Positions 23,374 through 30,453 of a stretch of 44,871 nucleotides of DNA are shown here, piece by piece (position 1 is the first letter of the stretch; every line of letters begins with the position of its first letter). Below the pieces are notes generated by a model. It did no database searches, was not told the DNA's origin, and worked only from the letters and a program-made list of their open reading frames with translations. Made by a program: the position numbers and the translations under genes. The DNA is from a virus, in IMG/VR virus record IMGVR_UViG_3300045988_128081, positions 1-44,871 of that record. One strand, given 5' to 3'.

Positions 23374-23390
23374 TTTCTTTCAGCTCCTTA

Positions 23391-24179
23391 TCAAGTCATA
23401 TTGATCTTGCCGCCTTTTGCAAGGTAATCGTCCAGCTTGTCAAACTGGGCGGCGCTCATACCGGCAATGTTCATGTCGCCAAGCGCAATGCCGTTGGAAG
23501 ACCGTACAGGGGAAGGGGCGGCTGGGCGGCTGCTTTCCGCGCTTGCCTTCGCGGCGGCTTTGTATACATCCGCAAAGGTCCATTCCCGGCTGTTAATCTT
23601 CCGCTTCACATCTGGGTCACTGTTATACAGGGCCATCACGTCCACGCCGGTAGCGTCGTGAATTGCCGCGGCCTGGTCTACCAGGCGCTGGGCGTACTGC
23701 GCCACTTCGCTGTTATCCGTTTTCGCAAATCGGCCCTGCTCGTCACGGGCTGGGGGTTCCTTGGCGCCTTCCTGTTTGGTCTGCACGGCGGGGGCACCAG
23801 CTTTCAGGCGCACATATTCAAGAGCCCGATCGACACTCTTAAATTCGCCGTCAGCCACCAGTTTTTCCGCCTCTTGCCGGTAACTGGCTTCCCGCAGGGG
23901 CGCAAGCTGGGCCTCATATCCCTCTCGCATCTCTTGCAGTTGCCGCTGGAAGTCGGCGTTCATCTGCTGGTCGTGCTTTTCCATCCGGCGCTTAAACCAG
24001 CCGGGTTCCTCCTTGGGACTTTCCACAGGGGCGGAAGGCTGACCGCTGGGCTGGCTTTCAGCGGCGGAAGAATTATCCGCGCCTACCACCTCTGCCAACG
24101 TGCCGGGTTCCTGGGTTCCCATTGCAGCGTCGTCCTGCGCCTGGGTAAGCATTTCTTCGACCGTATTCATGTTTTCCAT
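23391..24179 (-). CDS. Scaffolding protein (262 aa)
   Basis: Acidic, low-complexity N-terminus, helical/coiled-coil centre, located directly upstream of the capsid gene. Confidence 0.6.
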   Translation of the reverse strand: MENMNTVEEMLTQAQDDAAMGTQEPGTLAEVVGADNSSAAESQPSGQPSAPVESPKEEPGWFKRRMEKHDQQMNADFQRQLQEMREGYEAQLAPLREASYRQEAEKLVADGEFKSVDRALEYVRLKAGAPAVQTKQEGAKEPPARDEQGRFAKTDNSEVAQYAQRLVDQAAAIHDATGVDVMALYNSDPDVKRKINSREWTFADVYKAAAKASAESSRPAAPSPVRSSNGIALGDMNIAGMSAAQFDKLDDYLAKGGKINMT

Positions 24180-24261
24180 CAGGATAACTCCTTTTCGGAC
24201 AGGCTCCGCAAATCACGGTCGCCTGGTAATCGGCCCGCAAGTCACAGGCCGTTTGTGTATG

Positions 24262-24292
24262 CAAAAGCGCCGGTGCAAATCACACTGGCGCT
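24262..24292 (-). terminator. Hairpin with short U tract after terL (attenuator candidate)
   Basis: Minus strand AGCGCCAGTG-tgatttg-CACCGGCGCT (one mismatch) followed by TTTGC. Confidence 0.35.
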
Positions 24293-24303
24293 GGTTGCCG
24301 GGT

Positions 24304-25722
24304 TTATTGGGTCCGTCTATGGGTGCTGTAGGGGTCGTACACAGCCGGTTTGGCTTTCGGCTTCGGCACCATTGGCAGCGGATGGTCCATAAAGCAATAT
24401 TTCATCTCGTCGAAAATATGATCTTCCGCATCCGTGTCCACGTCCTCCACCTTCGTCAGGGAATAGGGCAGTGTGGGAATCGTGCGGATGAACTCCGTAC
24501 AGGTGTTGAATACCTGCATTTTCGGGTGGCCGCTTTCGTCAAACCGCATCCGCTCATGTACCTGCATCTTGCCAGCAAGGCGGGTGTTGTCCCCAGGCTT
24601 AAAATATACGCCCGGTTTGCCCTGGCTGTTGGGTTCCATCATCTGGGCCACGCTTTCCCCTCGGCTTTTATCAAAGATAGACGGGTCAGCAATGCGCAGA
24701 ATTTTTATATTGTCCCGCATTTCTTCCTGTTCCCGCTGAATGATGCCTTCCGCAATCTGCTGCGGGGTCAGTTTCAGCCCCACATTGGCCCGGCCCTTCT
24801 CGCAGCCGTACCATTCCTTGTAGCGGAACAAACAACCAGAAGGATTCATGGCCCACCAGCCCACACTAAAGGGGTGGCTGTAGCCGTAGTCAAAGCTCAT
24901 GTAGCGCGGCCAGGCAAGGGGAATTTCAAAGGGCGCCACCACATGGGTCCATAACCGGTCCTGATAATGCTTCGAATCATCCACCCATTCTGTGAACACC
25001 TGCCCCTCAAAGGCGTTCCAGTCGCCGTGCAACAGCGCGTCCCGTAAGGCAGGCGGCTTCATTTCCAGCTGCAAAATGTAGTCCGCGCCAATGTGCGGGT
25101 TTTCGGTCGCCAAGCTGGGAATATACTGTTTCAGGTACGTTTTTTCCAGTCCGGTTGTCGCGGACCGAATGGTATAAGGCACCATCTCCATGTAGGGGCC
25201 CGCATCCACAAACATTTTCTTGACCCAGCCATGCCCAATGTCGCCGGGGTTGGAACTGCTGCGCACACATGGCACCACATTCAGGCTTTTCTTTGCGCGC
25301 AGACGGGTTTTCAAAAAGTCGTAGATATCCTGCTCAAAGCTGGTTAGCTCATCAAAATACAACCACTGGATTTCCGCGCCTTTGTAGTTATACATGTCGG
25401 CAACCGTGGCGCAGTGCCGGAACTGAATTTTGCTCCCATTGGGGAAGCTCCATTCGTGTCGGGCCGTGTTATATTTTCCCAGCCCATGGGGATAGCTTTC
25501 TTTGGCTTCCTTGATGATCGTGTCATCCAGTTCGCTGTACGTCCGCCGAAAGATAAACGCATGAGTGCCCGGGTACGTTATGCACCGGAACAGCGCGTCC
25601 ATCACAATGGCCTTGCTCTTTCCACCGCCAGCAGCCCCGCCAAACAACACCTCATCCGCCTTACTCGCGTGAAACATGGCCTGTTTCGGCGTGGGCGTAT
25701 AATCAATGTTGAATACTGGCAT
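24304..25722 (-). CDS. terL: Terminase large subunit (472 aa)
   Basis: Walker A GGAAGGGKSKA near the N-terminus. Size and position after the small subunit. C-terminal nuclease-like acidic motifs. Confidence 0.9.
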   Translation of the reverse strand: MPVFNIDYTPTPKQAMFHASKADEVLFGGAAGGGKSKAIVMDALFRCITYPGTHAFIFRRTYSELDDTIIKEAKESYPHGLGKYNTARHEWSFPNGSKIQFRHCATVADMYNYKGAEIQWLYFDELTSFEQDIYDFLKTRLRAKKSLNVVPCVRSSSNPGDIGHGWVKKMFVDAGPYMEMVPYTIRSATTGLEKTYLKQYIPSLATENPHIGADYILQLEMKPPALRDALLHGDWNAFEGQVFTEWVDDSKHYQDRLWTHVVAPFEIPLAWPRYMSFDYGYSHPFSVGWWAMNPSGCLFRYKEWYGCEKGRANVGLKLTPQQIAEGIIQREQEEMRDNIKILRIADPSIFDKSRGESVAQMMEPNSQGKPGVYFKPGDNTRLAGKMQVHERMRFDESGHPKMQVFNTCTEFIRTIPTLPYSLTKVEDVDTDAEDHIFDEMKYCFMDHPLPMVPKPKAKPAVYDPYSTHRRTQ

Positions 25723-26027
25723 TTTTTAAATCCTCCGGGGGCTGATTTTTTAAAATTTGGGAAAAGCCGTTTTGTTTCAAAAGGGTACCGGGTTAAGGGT
25801 GTTGGGGCGGCCATGTATATATACGCTACGTCCGCTCGCAGCGGGGGCCCCATCTCCGGCATACCCCCCGCCCTTCCATTTTTCCCACTATTGCCGCATA
25901 CAGGCAACGAAGGAAGAAGAAAAAACGCCCTTTTTGATAACCAATCAAAGCAAAAACGTTGCATTGCAAGGCTTTGATGGATTCATGTTGGCAATAGCGT
26001 TAGCAGTAAGCCACCAAATCCCATCTG
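25723..26027. other. 305-bp non-coding spacer between terS and terL, rich in GC hairpins (candidate packaging site or RNA)
   Basis: No credible ORF on the minus strand. Hairpins include GCGGGGG/CCCCCGC (25841..25871), CCGCT/AGCGG and TTGCC/GGCAA, plus a TATATATAC tract. Confidence 0.5.
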
Positions 26028-26444
26028 TTACTCTTCTGCGCCGCCATCCTCCGCGGGCCTATCAGGCATGCCCAGCACAGGCGCGGAGCCTGTACCCTGA
26101 TTGATTGTGATTTGTACGCCGCTTTGCGCATCCGTACCCATGGCAACGGCTTCCGCTCTGGCCGCCATGGCCTGGGACGCCTGCAAAGATAGCCAATCAT
26201 TATCATTATCAATCAGGCTATCAATCTTCTTAATAGATCTGGAATAGCCCACACGCAGAAAATTCCGCATTGCTTCCCTATAGATCGCCTGCACATCATC
26301 GCGTTTCATCCAGGCCCAAACCGTCGGAATGGTCACGCCGACTTTTTTCGCGATCACCGGCGCAGTTTCGCCATGGGCCATCATTACGGCGGCTTCTTTC
26401 ATTCTTTCCGTCATCCTGCTTCTACTTCCAACAGGGCGCGCCAT
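26028..26444 (-). CDS. terS: Terminase small subunit with N-terminal HTH (138 aa)
   Basis: Start at MARPVGSR (ATG 26444), GGGAGGTG 6 nt upstream. HGETAPVIAKKVGVTIPTVWAWMKR is an HTH. First gene of the late operon, upstream of terL. Confidence 0.75.
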   Translation of the reverse strand: MARPVGSRSRMTERMKEAAVMMAHGETAPVIAKKVGVTIPTVWAWMKRDDVQAIYREAMRNFLRVGYSRSIKKIDSLIDNDNDWLSLQASQAMAARAEAVAMGTDAQSGVQITINQGTGSAPVLGMPDRPAEDGGAEE

Positions 26445-26620
26445 GCTAACACCTCCCGCCCTAGCGCTCCAAAATACAAACTTAACCAACAAATCAAAGG
26501 GCCGACACTTTGCCCACCCTTTGCAATATCATTTTAGCATATGCATTTGTGCAATGTGTGCAAAGTTTGCCGGGGATGAGAGAATATCACAAGCAAAGAA
26601 GTATATAAAAATCCAATAAT

Positions 26621-26649
26621 ATCATATCATGGAAATGCTTATATTGCAA
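26621..26649 (-). promoter_or_regulatory. Candidate late-operon promoter
   Basis: Minus strand TTGCAA (26644..26649)-N17-TATGAT (26621..26626), upstream of terS. Nearby 9-bp-spaced TGTGCAA x2 (26548..26563). Confidence 0.35.
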
Positions 26650-26701
26650 GGGCTTTCTGCATGAGTGCAAAAAAAAGTTTGAAAAAATTTTTGAAAAGGG
26701 G

Positions 26702-26730
26702 TTGACAACAGGTTTAACCCATGTTATCAT
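26702..26730 (+). promoter_or_regulatory. Strong sigma-70-type promoter of the + strand island
   Basis: TTGACA (26702..26707)-N17-TATCAT (26725..26730) with TGn extended -10 (26722..26723). Confidence 0.7.
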
Positions 26731-26742
26731 GTCATCGTGCTT

Positions 26743-26807
26743 GAGGGAAACCGAACAGCACCGGGCGAGATAGAGCGGCCGACTTCCCTTCACCATAGAA
26801 GGGAGGT
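26743..26807 (+). promoter_or_regulatory. 5' leader with SD-sequestering hairpin and an upstream competing segment
   Basis: ACUUCCCUUC (26782..26791) pairs with GAAGGGAGGU (26798..26807), 10 bp including one G.U, burying the GGAGG SD. GAGGGAA (26743..26749) can alternatively pair with UUCCCUU. Confidence 0.5.
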
Positions 26808-26813
26808 GATAGG

Positions 26814-26897
26814 ATGACAACAGAAGAAATACTGATGTTGCTCAACCTGCTTGCCGTTGTTGTTTTCGGAGTAATCAACACGATGAAACGAAAATAG
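26814..26897 (+). CDS. 27-aa hydrophobic peptide MTTEEILMLLNLLAVVVFGVINTMKRK, Hol-Tox/type-I-toxin-like
   Basis: Below the ORF-track cutoff. Strong SD GGGAGGTGA. Single TM helix with a basic C-terminus, resembling Firmicutes holin-like toxin peptides (recollection). Confidence 0.5.
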   Translation: MTTEEILMLLNLLAVVVFGVINTMKRK

Positions 26898-26987
26898 CCG
26901 CCCCCGGACAGGTGAACGGCTAAAACCCCATAGAAGGGAACGGCTGACAACCTAACGCAACTAGGTTGCTATCTCGCCTAGTTGTAG

Positions 26988-27212
26988 GATACCACAGAAC
27001 GGGGGCGAAAGTCAACGGGACGAAAGAAAATTGACGATGGATTCAAGGATGCAAACGCCCGGTACAATGCCAAGCATACACAATTTATCGGGCTAAAACT
27101 GAACCGCAACACGGACAAAGACATTCTTGAATGGCTCGACAAACAGGAATCCAAACAAGGAGCAATCAAAACCGCCGTGCGTTACTTCCTCGCCTCTCAC
27201 CCTGAGAAGTAA
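26988..27212 (+). pseudogene. RHH-like 74-codon open frame with no canonical start codon
   Basis: Frame after the TAG at 26985 reads ...GRKKIDDGFKDANARYNAKHTQFIGLKLNRNTDKDILEWLDKQESKQGAIKTAVRYFLASHPEK. No in-frame ATG/GTG/TTG occurs before the last third. Confidence 0.35.
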
Positions 27213-27293
27213 CAAAAAAGGCCGGAAGCTCTCACCCTTCCGACCAGCTACCCCAGAACACACACGAACCAGAGGAGCACCCCAAGAAGGGGC
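27213..27293 (-). ncRNA. Candidate ~80-nt small RNA on the minus strand
   Basis: Driven by TTGCCA-N17-TATAAT (27300..27328). Ends in GGUCGGAAG-ggugagag-CUUCCGGCC plus UUUUUU (27214..27245). Contains a CCCC-uucuu-GGGG hairpin and a CUCCUCU stretch. No ORF. Confidence 0.5.
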
Positions 27294-27299
27294 AAAGGT

Positions 27300-27328
27300 A
27301 TTATACACCGCTTCGCTCCTTCTGGCAA
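27300..27328 (-). promoter_or_regulatory. Near-consensus promoter for the minus-strand small RNA
   Basis: Minus strand TTGCCA (27323..27328)-N17-TATAAT (27300..27305). Confidence 0.6.
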
Positions 27329-27346
27329 TCAGAAAGGAGCTTTTTC

Positions 27347-27835
27347 ATGAAATTCTTTACCAACTGCCGCACCCTGGAGGAACTCAAGGCCGAATATAAG
27401 CGCCTGATCAAAATCCATCATCCCGATCTTGGCGGCGACAATGCCACCATGGCCCAGATCAATGCCCAGTATGACGACCTGGCCAAACGCCTTCCCAAGA
27501 CCCGCGCCGACGGCACCACCTACCAGCCCAGGCAGGAAGAGCGGGAAGCGCCCGAAACCTTCCGCTCCGCCGTGGCCGCCATCATCACGCTGGACGGGCT
27601 CAATATTGAGCTTTGCGGGTCCTGGCTGTGGGTCACCGGAAACACCTTCGCCCATCGGGAAGCCCTCAAGGCCGCCGGCTATCATTGGAGCAAGAACAAA
27701 TCCGCCTGGTACTGGCACGAGGACGGCTACCAGCGCAAAAGCCGCAAGCAATTCAGCCTGGACGAAATCCGCGACATGCACGGCAGCGAGCGCATCACCG
27801 GCACAGGCTACCGGGCCGCGCTGGAAACCGCCTGA
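27347..27835 (+). CDS. J-domain (DnaJ-like) protein with an uncharacterised W-rich C-terminal domain (162 aa)
   Basis: LKAEYKRLIKIHHPDLGGDNATMAQINAQYDDL contains the HPD signature of J domains. C-terminus GSWLWVTGNTFAHREALKAAGYHWSKNKSAWYW. Confidence 0.85.
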   Translation: MKFFTNCRTLEELKAEYKRLIKIHHPDLGGDNATMAQINAQYDDLAKRLPKTRADGTTYQPRQEEREAPETFRSAVAAIITLDGLNIELCGSWLWVTGNTFAHREALKAAGYHWSKNKSAWYWHEDGYQRKSRKQFSLDEIRDMHGSERITGTGYRAALETA

Positions 27836-27850
27836 CAGGGGGCCGACGCC

Positions 27851-27967
27851 ATGCGCTACCTTGTCCACGCTATCAACTGGCCGCATCTGCTGGGCCTGGT
27901 TGCCGGGGCTTTGGTCCTGGCAGCCTTCCCGGCCTGTTGCGTGCTCTGGCTCCTGTGCATCATCTGA
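27851..27967 (+). CDS. 38-aa hydrophobic peptide (MRYLVHAINWPHLLGLVAGALVLAAFPACCVLWLLCII)
   Basis: Below the ORF-track cutoff. AGGGGGG 8 nt upstream of the ATG. One TM helix. Confidence 0.4.
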   Translation: MRYLVHAINWPHLLGLVAGALVLAAFPACCVLWLLCII

Positions 27968-28009
27968 CAGAATTTGACGCCCGATAGAGGGCAGAAAGGA
28001 AAACCCACC

Positions 28010-28480
28010 ATGCCGTACCCCATCAGCCCAGAAACCGCCAACGAAGCCTACGCCCAGGCGGCAAAAAACGCGGAACACTCCCGCACCCTTGCCCGGCTAT
28101 ATGATTGCCTGGCCGATCATCTGGACGGCGCCTATATTACCTGCAAGCTGGCCGACAAGGCCGAAAAAATTTTCCCGGCCTACACCGTACAGTACTTCAA
28201 GTATTACAACGGGCGCAAGGCGTTGATTTTGATCGATAAGGCAGACAAGCAACGGTCTTATTCCCTAGGCCTTGGGCCCAAGGAAGATCGCTACCTGAAC
28301 GCCGATGCCCTGCGCAAGGAAGCGGAACGGGAACGCCAGCAGGCCGAAAAGTACCAGACCGCTCTTGCTGATTTCTGGGAATATCTGGGGCGCTATAACG
28401 TCCTGACGGCTGAACTGGAAAAGGCGCGGGCGGGCATCGCGACCGTCATGTATTGCAGCCCTCGCCACTGTACTTTTTAA
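28010..28480 (+). CDS. Hypothetical protein (156 aa)
   Basis: Start at MPYPISPE (ATG 28010), AAAGGA RBS. No family recognised. Confidence 0.6.
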   Translation: MPYPISPETANEAYAQAAKNAEHSRTLARLYDCLADHLDGAYITCKLADKAEKIFPAYTVQYFKYYNGRKALILIDKADKQRSYSLGLGPKEDRYLNADALRKEAERERQQAEKYQTALADFWEYLGRYNVLTAELEKARAGIATVMYCSPRHCTF

Positions 28481-28569
28481 TCCAAATATTGATGTTTGGC
28501 GCCACCTGTGGTACACTCTTGGCAGCTGCTAAAAAATTCATACTGCAAAATATTGAGGAGGAAAAAGCA

Positions 28570-28824
28570 ATGGAATTCATGACTTTCAATTACACCGAGG
28601 ACTTCTTTACGCCGGATGAACTGCAAACCGCTTTCACCAAATGGATTTCTGAGCATCCTGAGCTTCACATGAAGCTTGATCGCCGCCCCTATTACAATCG
28701 AACGCTTGGATGCTATTGCCAGGATTGCCACAGCCAATCCTTCCGGGGGATTTTGGCCATCGACCGCAATAAGGAAGTTGAAATTGATATCTACGCCACC
28801 CTGAACGGCGATCTGATTCCATGA
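28570..28824 (+). CDS. Hypothetical protein (84 aa)
   Basis: Start at MEFMTFNY (ATG 28570), GAGGAGG 8 nt upstream. Confidence 0.6.
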   Translation: MEFMTFNYTEDFFTPDELQTAFTKWISEHPELHMKLDRRPYYNRTLGCYCQDCHSQSFRGILAIDRNKEVEIDIYATLNGDLIP

Positions 28825-28828
28825 GCAA

Positions 28829-28861
28829 AAGGGGGACCGACCCACCCGGGCCAGTCCCCTT
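28829..28861. terminator. Bidirectional terminator between convergent units
   Basis: GGGGAC-N16-GTCCCC stem with a T-rich tract on both strands (ATTTATTT on +, CTTTTG on -). Confidence 0.65.
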
Positions 28862-28863
28862 AT

Positions 28864-29277
28864 TTATTTGCTTCGCGCTATTTGTTCCACGGCCAGCATG
28901 GCGGCTCTATGCCAGTAATAATACGTCCGCTTGGATATATTCAGTTTGGCGGCAATCTGGTCCGCGCTCATGCCCATCACATACCGCATATTCAACACAT
29001 TGCGCAAATCCTCCCGGGGCACATGGGCTATCAGGCTATCTACTTCCCTTGCTAGCCGCACATGCCGGGCGGCGGCTTCATCGGCTTTGGCTTGCGCGTC
29101 CGCCGCGGCTATGGCGCAATCCTCCATGGCTGTATGCCCCGTGCCGCCCTGCACCCTCTCGCCGCTGATCGCGCTGGGGGATCTCAGCCCTTCCGCCATC
29201 TGCCGAAAGTGTGCCGCCCGGGCGCTCCATACCGCTACCGCCACCCCTGCCCGCCGGGCATCTTCCAGCAGGTTCAT
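28864..29277 (-). CDS. Sigma-70 region-4-like HTH protein, candidate late-gene activator (137 aa)
   Basis: C-terminus LNMRYVMGMSADQIAAKLNISKRTYYYWHRAAM resembles DUF1492/ArpU/RinA-type phage regulators. Last gene of the early operon. Confidence 0.5.
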   Translation of the reverse strand: MNLLEDARRAGVAVAVWSARAAHFRQMAEGLRSPSAISGERVQGGTGHTAMEDCAIAAADAQAKADEAAARHVRLAREVDSLIAHVPREDLRNVLNMRYVMGMSADQIAAKLNISKRTYYYWHRAAMLAVEQIARSK

Positions 29278-29296
29278 GATTCATTCCTCCTATCAT

Positions 29297-29322
29297 GAAA
29301 GGAGAGGCCACAAGGCCCCTCC
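29297..29322 (-). terminator. Intrinsic terminator closing antirepressor cassette B
   Basis: Minus strand GGAGGGGCC-uugu-GGCCUCUCC (one mismatch) followed by UUUCAU, right after the stop of the 29340..30128 gene. Confidence 0.55.
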
Positions 29323-29339
29323 CCGTTCTGTATTTGGCT

Positions 29340-30128
29340 TTATGCTTCCTGCCCGGCAGCGTCCCACACGTCATACTTGATCGCCATTTCCTTCACAATC
29401 TGCACATAGCTTTCAATGGCCCGCTTGTCCTCCGCTACCACGTCCAGATAGTTCAGCTTGTCCCGCTTGCTTCGGCACATGCCGTCCTCCGCCGCACGCA
29501 GCCGCTTGTTGTTCAGGCGGCGCTTCAGGTCAATGCCGAACCGCTCCAGCATCAGCTTGTAAATGTCGCCGTTCACATCCCGGATGTAGCTCACCCCGCC
29601 CAGCTTTTCCGCAATGCGCACAATCATGGTCTTGCACTCCCGCCGCCAGTCGTTGGGGTTCAGCGCTACAATATCGCTGATGGCTCCCACCTTCTTTTCC
29701 ACCGTGTCCTGCCGGCCCTCCAGCGCTTTCTGTTTCTGCTCCATGGCCTGCATGGCGGCCACGCTCTGGGCAAACAGTTCCAGCGGCGATAACGGCTTGG
29801 ACTGGTATCCGCCTGTCTTGCGAATCTGGGGGATGACTTCATCCGCAATCAGCGCCTGAAACTTCTCCGCGGTTTCGTTCTTGGCCTTCATCGCCAGCCG
29901 GTAGAAGATGTTTTCGGGGATGTACTCAGGCAATTTTTCATCGCAACTTGTTGCGATGCCCAATTCGTTCAAGTACTTACGCACCGTGCGCCAACGTACA
30001 CACTCGTTTCCACTGGCTGCGATTTCGACAAATCCCAATCCCCGCGCCACGGTTTCCAGTTTCAGATAGGCAACCCCGTTTTCCTCGTAGCAGTCAATTC
30101 CCTTGATGTTCATAATCTCGTTATTCAT
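29340..30128 (-). CDS. Antirepressor-type protein, Bro-N-like N-terminus with a different helical C-terminal domain (262 aa)
   Basis: IPENIFYRLAMKAKNETAEKFQALIADEVIPQIRKTGGY matches the Bro-N C-terminal signature. ATGA overlap with the upstream gene. Confidence 0.75.
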   Translation of the reverse strand: MNNEIMNIKGIDCYEENGVAYLKLETVARGLGFVEIAASGNECVRWRTVRKYLNELGIATSCDEKLPEYIPENIFYRLAMKAKNETAEKFQALIADEVIPQIRKTGGYQSKPLSPLELFAQSVAAMQAMEQKQKALEGRQDTVEKKVGAISDIVALNPNDWRRECKTMIVRIAEKLGGVSYIRDVNGDIYKLMLERFGIDLKRRLNNKRLRAAEDGMCRSKRDKLNYLDVVAEDKRAIESYVQIVKEMAIKYDVWDAAGQEA

Positions 30129-30376
30129 TTCTCATTCTCCTTTTGGGTCTTCGTGTTGTCCAGCACGTCGGATAGCCGCGTGCTGGCCTTGTTCAACATG
30201 TTCAGCAGCAGTGACGACAGGTTAATCATGTCCTCCCGGAATACGCCCGCATTCCAGATAAATTCCTTCTGCGGTACATCCATAAACTGAATGCAGTACG
30301 TCCGCATCAGGCTGGTCATCTGGTCCAGTTCTACCTTGGTCCGTTCTACCTGGTTCCGCATCTCCATATCCGGCAT
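30125..30376 (-). CDS. Small helical protein of unknown function (83 aa), middle gene of cassette B
   Basis: Start at MPDMEMRN (ATG 30376), AAGGAGG 9 nt upstream. No visible similarity to the cassette A counterpart. Confidence 0.65.
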   Translation of the reverse strand: MPDMEMRNQVERTKVELDQMTSLMRTYCIQFMDVPQKEFIWNAGVFREDMINLSSLLLNMLNKASTRLSDVLDNTKTQKENEK

Positions 30377-30405
30377 ATAAAAATCCTCCTTGTTGGTCGT
30401 AGGGG

Positions 30406-30453
30406 TTGACCAAAGGAGGGCAAGCATGTTAAGATTTACTTGCCTACCTTTGG
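30406..30453 (+). promoter_or_regulatory. Sigma-70-like promoter (TTGACC-N18-TAAGAT) embedded in an inverted repeat; cassette B copy
   Basis: -35 at 30406..30411, -10 at 30430..30435. GGGCAAG (30418..30424)/CTTGCC (30439..30444) and CCAAAGG/CCTTTGG flank the -10. The inner stem sequence differs from copy A but stays complementary. Confidence 0.5.

Noticed and set aside
25602-26104. ORFs 25602..25964 (-) and 25757..26104 (+) in the terS-terL gap.
   Set aside because: One overlaps terL out of frame and the other is antisense. Both lack an RBS and have Pro/Arg/Gly-rich composition. The gap is treated as non-coding.
27329-28078. 249-aa minus-strand ORF covering the J-domain gene region.
   Set aside because: It has Gly/Ala/Pro-rich junk-like composition and is antisense to a + strand gene with a clear HPD J-domain and a good RBS. 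The + strand reading is preferred.
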